Shown here: piece by piece, positions 1 to 5,233 of the stretch | How positions within the stretch are numbered: the stretch's first letter is position 1 | Layout of the letters: each line of letters begins with the position of its first letter | Assembly (NCBI GenBank): GCA_003345555.1 | Contig: PRDJ01000009.1 | Location: forward strand, 1 to 7,230 | Direction: 5' to 3' | Origin: Candidatus Thorarchaeota archaeon | Lineage (GTDB): Archaea > Asgardarchaeota > Thorarchaeia > Thorarchaeales > Thorarchaeaceae | DNA length: 7,230 nucleotides | Made by a program: the position numbers and the translations under genes | Notes under the pieces: model-generated | What the model was told of the DNA's origin: nothing | Database searches by the model: none | Seen by the model: the letters and a program-made list of their open reading frames with translations, nothing else

Positions 1-844
1 TCAACAACTCTTCGAAGTTGGAGGGCTGCATTTGGTAGGCTTTTCGAACAGCATCCCAGTCCATTCGCCTGGGAATGACCTTGTAGGAGGGAATCTCTGC
101 TGGAGGTCCAAAGCCATCAAGCCAAGGAACGAGAGTCGTCTCTCCATGAGGCTGGATATTCTCGAGTAGCCTCCTGATCCGGAGTGGTCCCTCTTTCACG
201 ATGTCTGCACTCGTGGACCGGCAATCACGTGAATTCCTAGAGGTCATGTCAAGCACAACGCTCTTCGCTTCGCCCGAAATCATTCCTGCATGAGGCTCCT
301 CGACGTAGCTGCGCAAGTGCTCAGAAATCCAGTGGTACCTGCGAGCATCACCAGTCTTTGAGTCCATTCCTTGCTGTACAACGGCCCAGTTCTCGTCTTG
401 GTCTACGAAGAAAACATGGTGGTACAGTTGGTAACCTGCCTGTATTGCAGCGTTGTCAACCTTGGCAACTGCCCTACTCGTCCAAGCGAGCTTCTTGCCA
501 TTCAGCCCACAATCCTCTAGTGCCCTCAGTTGGTCAGGTGTCTTGAGGGAAGCAAGACCCTTTCCACCAACTGCTACGAGGCCGTGCTTCTCGAAATTCA
601 GAACGGACTTCAGCACACCGCAAGTGACTGTTGTCGAACCGGAGCTATCCCAGTCGTATCCAAGTACGTTGGAGAGCGCCTGGAAATATACCGGGTCTGA
701 AATCCTCCGAAGGAGTTCAACAGTACCGTATTCATCAACGATGAACTCACATAACGCACTGGCCATTGGCATCATTCTCTGGATCAGCCAGTGGGGCGCT
801 CTCCCCGGGTGCAACCTGAGGTTTGCGACACCTGCTCTCATCAT
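1..844 (-). CDS. DUF763 family protein (3' end truncated by the window edge)
   Basis: Manual translation from ATG at 844 is open to base 2: MMRAGVANLRLHPGRAPHWLIQRM...ISDPVYFQALSNVLGYDWDSSGSTTVTCGVLK...GGKG...SRAVAKVDNAAIQAGYQLYHHVFFV...WAVVQQGM...ARRYHW...QPSNFEELL. These motifs match DUF763 as I recall the family. The ORF track misses it because the stop lies outside the window. An alternative GTG start is at 868, and an in-frame TAA lies at 880-878. Confidence 0.9.
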   Translation of the reverse strand, partial: MMRAGVANLRLHPGRAPHWLIQRMMPMASALCEFIVDEYGTVELLRRISDPVYFQALSNVLGYDWDSSGSTTVTCGVLKSVLNFEKHGLVAVGGKGLASLKTPDQLRALEDCGLNGKKLAWTSRAVAKVDNAAIQAGYQLYHHVFFVDQDENWAVVQQGMDSKTGDARRYHWISEHLRSYVEEPHAGMISGEAKSVVLDMTSRNSRDCRSTSADIVKEGPLRIRRLLENIQPHGETTLVPWLDGFGPPAEIPSYKVIPRRMDWDAVRKAYQMQPSNFEELL

Positions 845-916
845 ATGGAACAGCTCATTTCTATCCACGGCATGTTCTTAGATAAGTTCGACAGGTGCAC
901 GAAAGTACTCTGATCG

Positions 917-936
917 ACTGAAGGCATCTCTTCAGT
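917..936. terminator. 7-bp stem-loop (ACTGAAG-gcatct-CTTCAGT) just downstream of the DUF3795 stop; possible terminator or mRNA-stability hairpin
   Basis: Perfect inverted repeat about 25 nt past the DUF3795 stop on the minus strand. There is no strong U-tract, so the function is uncertain. Confidence 0.3.
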
Positions 937-959
937 TCACAACTGGCATTTGGCTCCGA

Positions 960-1319
960 TTAGGCCATCTGTTGACTCCTGCGAATATCATTCAGCACAA
1001 TACGAGTTTCGGCGTCACCGACCATCTTAAACAGCTGTTCTAAATCGGCACAGGGGTACTTGTTACAAAAGGCACAATTCTCCAAACGTTTGCCGCTACA
1101 ACATTGCCTGACCGCACAGACCGTGCAATGCTTGAAGAGCTTCCCGCCCTCCGATTTGCAGCCATCACAGTTCACTTCTTCCGGTGTGACTGAGTAGTTG
1201 GGTCCTGACCACCTTTGGGCTGTTCTTGCTCGTAGGGCATCGTCATTGGTCCTGAGCGCGACATAGGCCGGACAATTGGTGCAGACCAGACCGCAGTAGG
1301 CACGCATTTTCTTGGGCAT
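960..1319 (-). CDS. DUF3795 domain Cys-rich putative metal-binding protein
   Basis: 119 aa with 12 Cys in the pattern YCGLxCxxC...CDGC...CxxC...CC...NCAFCxxYPC, typical of DUF3795. Confidence 0.85.
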   Translation of the reverse strand: MPKKMRAYCGLVCTNCPAYVALRTNDDALRARTAQRWSGPNYSVTPEEVNCDGCKSEGGKLFKHCTVCAVRQCCSGKRLENCAFCNKYPCADLEQLFKMVGDAETRIVLNDIRRSQQMA

Positions 1320-1477
1320 TGTTTATCCAATTCCCCCCGGGCCGACAAGAGGCAAACTACGCATTCCACTGCATCGCATTTGAGCCTATCTTGTGTCCGA
1401 TGACCTTAGTTTCCTTCATCAGTGTCTCTCAAGGTCAGACATCAATGATTGCGAGACAAGTCCCTTTCAAGCAATCC

Positions 1478-1484
1478 TTTTATT
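1478..1484. promoter_or_regulatory. Candidate TATA element (TTTTATT) in the divergent intergenic region
   Basis: Most TATA-like AT run in the 230-bp gap between the divergent DUF3795 and thioredoxin-like genes, about 65 nt upstream of ATG 1550. Direction is not determinable. Confidence 0.3.
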
Positions 1485-1549
1485 GGCTAACTGGAATGCC
1501 CCTGCACTACTCCGTTGGTAGGACTCTAGAATCTCCCGATGTGATACAG

Positions 1550-2098
1550 ATGTCCGAGTTCACGATGAAGACTGCATGGGATAGGGCCGTGGATTATGAG
1601 ACCTTCCTCAAGTCAGCCAGAGAAAACGTTGAATGGATGAGAGCACGCTTTCACGACTTGATGCTCAACGAGACTGAAGAAGAGACACTAAAGGGAATAC
1701 AGAACGAAATCAAGATCCTTGTCGTGGGCACAGACCGATGCAACGATACCGCAGGAAACCTGCCTGTCTTAGCACGCATTGTCTCATTGACACCCAAGGT
1801 CCAGCTCAGAGTGCTTGACAGTGACAGCAATGCGCAATTCCATCAACAGTTCAAAGTAAACGGGAAAAGGAAGACGCCCGTTGTCCTCTTTCTCAGTTCT
1901 GATTACGAAGAGCTCTGTCGTTGGGTCGAACGACCAAGTGCGGCCTATAGAATAGTCAACGAGAAGACCAATTCGTCAGTTGACGACCGCAGAGCCATTC
2001 TGAGGAAGCTCTATGGTGACCCTGAGATTCTCCGCCAGAGCCTTGGCGAGTTCGTTGAGTTGCTCACGCGGGCCGACTTGATTCTGGGACGTCGGTAG
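1550..2098 (+). CDS. Thioredoxin-fold protein (Thioredoxin_9-like, single-Cys CxD motif)
   Basis: KILVVGTDRCNDTAGNLPVLARI...NGKRKTPVVLFL...ELCRWVERP resembles the Thioredoxin_9 pattern (xWCxD...P, NG.R..P..IF, RWxxRP). The start is revised from 1319 to ATG 1550, which is preceded by SD-like GTGAT at 1541-1545. The N-terminal 77 aa of the ORF-track product look non-coding and span the divergent promoter region. Confidence 0.8.
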   Translation: MSEFTMKTAWDRAVDYETFLKSARENVEWMRARFHDLMLNETEEETLKGIQNEIKILVVGTDRCNDTAGNLPVLARIVSLTPKVQLRVLDSDSNAQFHQQFKVNGKRKTPVVLFLSSDYEELCRWVERPSAAYRIVNEKTNSSVDDRRAILRKLYGDPEILRQSLGEFVELLTRADLILGRR

Positions 2099-2100
2099 GA

Positions 2101-2757
2101 ATGGAGAACCTTGGCAAGGCTGACTGGGATGACCCTGAAAGAGTCAAGAGGCTAGCAGCCTCCTATAGTCAGCGATATGGTAAAACCTTCTGGCACACCC
2201 TGCTTAAGCTGACCGGCCCCGAGCGAAGAGAGACTATCCTCGACCTAGGTTGCGGCCCCGGTCTGTTCTTGCTTGATGCAACGACCCGATATAAGGCAAA
2301 ACGTGTCATCGGTCTCGATGCAAGTGAGGCCATGCTTGAGCAGGCCCACCACTTTCTAGCAGGTAAGCTAGAGGAAAGCAACACACTCCTTCGAGTCGTA
2401 GATTTCGACTCTTCAGACCCCGGAGTAGAACCAAACACGATTGATTTGGCGTTTTCCGGTTTCCTGCTTCACGAGATTCGGAATCCCGAGGGTCTCCTCC
2501 CTCATGTCTACAAATCATTGAAACCAAAGGGGATCTACGCGGCCTACGAGTTTGTCTCTGGTGACTTGGTTTCCTTCATTGATTACATGAAGAGAGGCGG
2601 CATGAGTGAAGCTGATGCTAGGCGCAGATATCCGCACATGTGCAAGTACAGTCTGGCTCAGTTTGAGGGCATGTTGCGTGGTGCTGGCTTCTCACGCGTC
2701 AAGAGCTCACTGATTGATGTCCGTGCCGTATTCGTAGGGCTAAAAGCAGAAAAGTGA
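2101..2757 (+). CDS. Class I SAM-dependent methyltransferase (substrate unknown)
   Basis: Motif I ILDLGCGPG, followed by VIGLDASEAML, VVDF and DLAFSGFLLHEI...LKPKG. Starts 2 nt after the upstream TAG. Confidence 0.92.
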   Translation: MENLGKADWDDPERVKRLAASYSQRYGKTFWHTLLKLTGPERRETILDLGCGPGLFLLDATTRYKAKRVIGLDASEAMLEQAHHFLAGKLEESNTLLRVVDFDSSDPGVEPNTIDLAFSGFLLHEIRNPEGLLPHVYKSLKPKGIYAAYEFVSGDLVSFIDYMKRGGMSEADARRRYPHMCKYSLAQFEGMLRGAGFSRVKSSLIDVRAVFVGLKAEK

Positions 2758-2790
2758 AACAACAGAACAGAAATCAGTTTGGTGACGACG

Positions 2791-3024
2791 ATGTCTGAGG
2801 ATCGACGCAAATCGCCTTGGGCGCATGAGGATTCCGAAGTGAAGTGCCCCCGGTGCGGTAGTGCAAATGTATCTCGAGTTCTTGATACTTGGGCGCTGTC
2901 AAGAGGCATTCAGATATTCTCTTGTGCATCGTGCGGCAAGAAGTTCTACGACCGCGGGCTCGATGATTACCAGCCGACTTACAGCGAGACCGACAGGACC
3001 ATGGAAGAGCAGCGTGAAGACTAA
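2791..3024 (+). CDS. Small C4 zinc-ribbon protein
   Basis: 77 aa containing CPRCGS-x-IQIFSCASCGKKF (CxxC-x22-CxxC). SD GGTGA at 2781-2785 lies 5 nt before ATG 2791. The gene fills the gap between the methyltransferase and priL. Confidence 0.75.
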   Translation: MSEDRRKSPWAHEDSEVKCPRCGSANVSRVLDTWALSRGIQIFSCASCGKKFYDRGLDDYQPTYSETDRTMEEQRED

Positions 3025-3025
3025 G

Positions 3026-4165
3026 GTGATTACTGCGAGCGCTGGACTGACAAGACTTCAGATGTTACGGTATCCCTTTTCAGTGGAGGCTAGGGAGCTC
3101 TCACAAAGACAAGCCCGTGACGTGGAGACTCTGGTTAGTCTGCTCGAAACTTCAAGAAACGAGTATGTTGTCGAGGAAGCCGAGAATCGTGTTATTGCCG
3201 CCCTTGACCAGTCTGAGATTCTCACAGTTAACAACAACGATGACAGGGACTTCTTAATCTATCCCACATCAAGACTCATCGTCGAAAAGATAGGTGACTC
3301 CCGTCTGAAGGAGTATCAGGCCGAAGCAGAATCAAAAGCAGTCAACGGGCATTTGGAGAACGAAAAAGATGACATTGTACTCCACCTCTGCAAATCCGCG
3401 TTCAGTTGGCAAGTGGAGTCAACCGGAAAACCGGTGCAACGCGCAAGTCTTCCTTTGTGGCTTCGGACCTTCGACTTTCGTATGAGATTTGAAGATTTTC
3501 TGGAGATAGCACCAGAGTTCCACCAATCACCTTGGAAGCTCGTGAACAGGTATCTTGACGCTGGCTGGTTGCCTGTGCAAGGCCTTGAGCTGAAACGGCT
3601 GATGTCGGGCAAGTTCAAGCAGCTTATCCTGATGAGCAGTCTCGAAGTACGCACGCTTCCAGCGAGAATCACAGAGGCAGTACAGCGCGTAGAGAGTGAG
3701 CTTCGTGGGAAGATTAAGACGACCCAGCCTGTCAAGATCACTGAGAGTATCGTTACAGCCTTCCCTCCTTGCATAAGGCAGATGCACGAGGACTCGATAC
3801 GTGGGAAGAACCTCCCTCATGAGGCAAGGTTCGCTCTGGCTGCCTTTCTCCTGAAGATAGGAATGAGTCAGCAAGAGGTACTGGGAGTATTCAAATCATC
3901 ACCGGACTTCGTAAGCAGCCTGGCGGAATATCAAGTTCGACATATCTCGTCGAAGTCAGGTGGCGAAGGCTATACTCCTCCTGGCTGCAGGAAACTTCAA
4001 GGCAATGGTCTCTGTCCGGTTTATCAGGGGTTGGAGTATGACCCTCTTTGCGAGTACGTCAAACACCCGCTGGGCTTCTACAAGACGCGTGCTTGGGAGA
4101 TAATGAAGGGGATTGAGAACCATTCATGGTATGCTTCCAAGAGGAAGAAGCAGCAGAGTTTCTGA
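3026..4165 (+). CDS. priL: Archaeal DNA primase large subunit (Fe-S domain-containing)
   Basis: N-terminal LRYPFSVEARE, central WKLVNRYLDAGW, and C-terminal Fe-S domain FPPCI...NLPHEARFALAAFL...EYQVRHI...YTPPGCRKLQGNGLCP...DPLC..VKHPLGFY with four Cys. Start is uncertain: GTG 3026 is preferred, ATG 3062 is possible. The ORF-track start at 2861 overlaps the Zn-ribbon gene and is unlikely. Confidence 0.93.
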   Translation: MITASAGLTRLQMLRYPFSVEARELSQRQARDVETLVSLLETSRNEYVVEEAENRVIAALDQSEILTVNNNDDRDFLIYPTSRLIVEKIGDSRLKEYQAEAESKAVNGHLENEKDDIVLHLCKSAFSWQVESTGKPVQRASLPLWLRTFDFRMRFEDFLEIAPEFHQSPWKLVNRYLDAGWLPVQGLELKRLMSGKFKQLILMSSLEVRTLPARITEAVQRVESELRGKIKTTQPVKITESIVTAFPPCIRQMHEDSIRGKNLPHEARFALAAFLLKIGMSQQEVLGVFKSSPDFVSSLAEYQVRHISSKSGGEGYTPPGCRKLQGNGLCPVYQGLEYDPLCEYVKHPLGFYKTRAWEIMKGIENHSWYASKRKKQQSF

Positions 4166-4170
4166 GTCTT

Positions 4171-5016
4171 TCATCTCTTTGGCTTCTTTCCGCCCGTCCG
4201 AGTGTAGTAGTACAGGTACTCTTGAGCATAGCCTGCGTACTTGCCGAAGTAATCCCTAGCCGCTCTCGATTTCTTGCTATATGACTTGCCTACATCTGTG
4301 AACAGCCCATAGTGCTCTTGGATAACGCGTTCTATCCATACATCAATTGGAAATGCCTCCAGAAACCCAAGTGAAAAGAGACACACACAATCGGAGACTT
4401 TGTCCCCGACGCCATGAAGGTCCTTGAGCACTTCATGTGCCTCTTCGTATTTCATCTTCTCCAGTTCTTCGGGCTTGATATCACCTGCAAGGATGGACGC
4501 CGTGGATCTTGAAACGAAGTCTGCGCGCCAGTCAAGGCCAAAACCCCTCAGTTCGTCAATCGTTGCTCCTGATAATTGCTCGGGCGTCGGGAAGCCATGT
4601 AGTTCATGTCCTCTGAACTGGTACGCGGGACCGTAACGGTCCCTTATGCGCTGCACCATTCTCTGGATATTCGGGATGTTGTTGCGGATTGAGCATAGAA
4701 AAGAGACTAGGCATGGGAAGAATGGGTCCCGGGCTATTCGAATGCCCGGCGCGAAGGTGATGCATGTCTTCAACAGTTCGTCTCTAGCAATCTCCTGTTT
4801 TATCTCACGAATGGGATCGCGGAGTCCAAGTAGTGTACTAATGTCAATCTCATCAGCTGAAGACTCATACTGCAGTGTGTCTCCTTTCTGCACTACATAG
4901 ACAACTTGCCCGATGTCCGCGTTAACATATCCTTCGCCTTCCTTAGTCCAGCAAAAGGTCTGTCCACACTCTAGAGTATCAGTCAAGTCGAAGTCGGTAA
5001 CTGTGAGGCTTTTCAC
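4171..5016 (-). CDS. ogg1: 8-oxoguanine DNA glycosylase / AP lyase (OGG1-type: OGG_N plus HhH-GPD)
   Basis: N-terminal DLTDTLECGQTFCW (OGG_N), GIRIARDPFFPCLVSFLCS..NNIPNI, FPTPEQL, HhH motif LHGVGDKVSDC with the catalytic Lys, AFPIDVW with the catalytic Asp, and C-terminal YAGYAQEYLY. Confidence 0.9.
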   Translation of the reverse strand: MKSLTVTDFDLTDTLECGQTFCWTKEGEGYVNADIGQVVYVVQKGDTLQYESSADEIDISTLLGLRDPIREIKQEIARDELLKTCITFAPGIRIARDPFFPCLVSFLCSIRNNIPNIQRMVQRIRDRYGPAYQFRGHELHGFPTPEQLSGATIDELRGFGLDWRADFVSRSTASILAGDIKPEELEKMKYEEAHEVLKDLHGVGDKVSDCVCLFSLGFLEAFPIDVWIERVIQEHYGLFTDVGKSYSKKSRAARDYFGKYAGYAQEYLYYYTRTGGKKPKR

Positions 5017-5106
5017 AAGCTCGTCCCTGACCTCTTGCCCAAGAAGAGCGTTGCGATATCGCCTGTTCTTGGGTAATGCTCATATCCACAGTGAGCAGAA
5101 GCCGTA

Positions 5107-5176
5107 GTTGGCGATGATGACACACCTATGAGTGATTGAGGAAGGATGAACGACCCTAGGGTATCTGAGCCGCAAC
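5107..5176 (+). ncRNA. Box C/D methylation-guide sRNA
   Basis: Box C ATGATGA at 5114-5120; 15-nt guide; D' TTGA at 5136-5139 (alternative GTGA at 5132-5135); short loop; C' AGGATGA at 5143-5149; 15-nt guide; box D CTGA at 5165-5168. Terminal stem GGC(5110-5112)/GCC(5169-5171) is in exact K-turn register with a 3-nt bulge. It lies fully within an intergenic gap and is followed by a TTTT run at 5178-5181. Confidence 0.82.
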
Positions 5177-5233
5177 ATTTTCTATCATGCACTGTCTGCC
5201 CCCAGTTCTGGATTCCAGCAGTTTCTTTGCACT

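Noticed and set aside
358-881. Plus-strand ORFs 358..546 and 453..881
   Set aside because: They are antisense shadows of the DUF763 gene and contain no recognisable motifs.
1400-1439. SECIS-like AUGA...GA hairpin
   Set aside because: The UGA is Watson-Crick paired rather than forming the G-A quartet, and no adjacent gene has an in-frame UGA at a Cys-equivalent position.
1405-1440. Hammerhead-like core on the minus strand (CUGAUGA-AG-GAAAC, with an upstream GUC)
   Set aside because: Stem II is absent (only 2 nt), stem I gives only 2 bp, and stem III does not pair around the GUC. The required topology is not met.
1319-1549. N-terminal 77-aa extension of the thioredoxin ORF, and minus ORF 1172..1369
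   Set aside because: They span the divergent promoter region or overlap DUF3795. The domain similarity and an SD-like motif point to a start at ATG 1550.
2096-2103. TAG readthrough (pyrrolysine) fusing the thioredoxin and methyltransferase
   Set aside because: The two genes are in different frames; readthrough would meet another stop shortly after.
2755-2793. Methyltransferase and Zn-ribbon genes are in the same frame, separated by a single TGA (possible Sec/readthrough or pseudogenised fusion)
   Set aside because: This has a one-in-three chance probability. The downstream gene has its own GGTGA SD and ATG, the TGA is at the natural end of the methyltransferase fold, and no SECIS is evident.
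2169-2909. Minus-strand ORFs 2169..2438, 2306..2527 and 2658..2909
   Set aside because: Antisense shadows of the methyltransferase and Zn-ribbon genes.
2791-3024. IS1/IS1595 transposase remnant (InsA-like zinc ribbon)
   Set aside because: No adjoining DDE or HTH sequence, terminal inverted repeats or target duplication. The ORF is intact and embedded in an operon.
3316-5107. Antisense ORFs inside priL and ogg1 (3316..3774, 3527..3874, 4424..4636, 4646..4900, 4913..5107)
   Set aside because: They overlap well-supported genes on the opposite strand and have no domain signal.
5154-5164. 16S rRNA 790-loop region (GAUUAGAUACCC) as the D-guide target
   Set aside because: Only about 6 nt of complementarity, versus 10 nt for the 23S helix-74 candidate.
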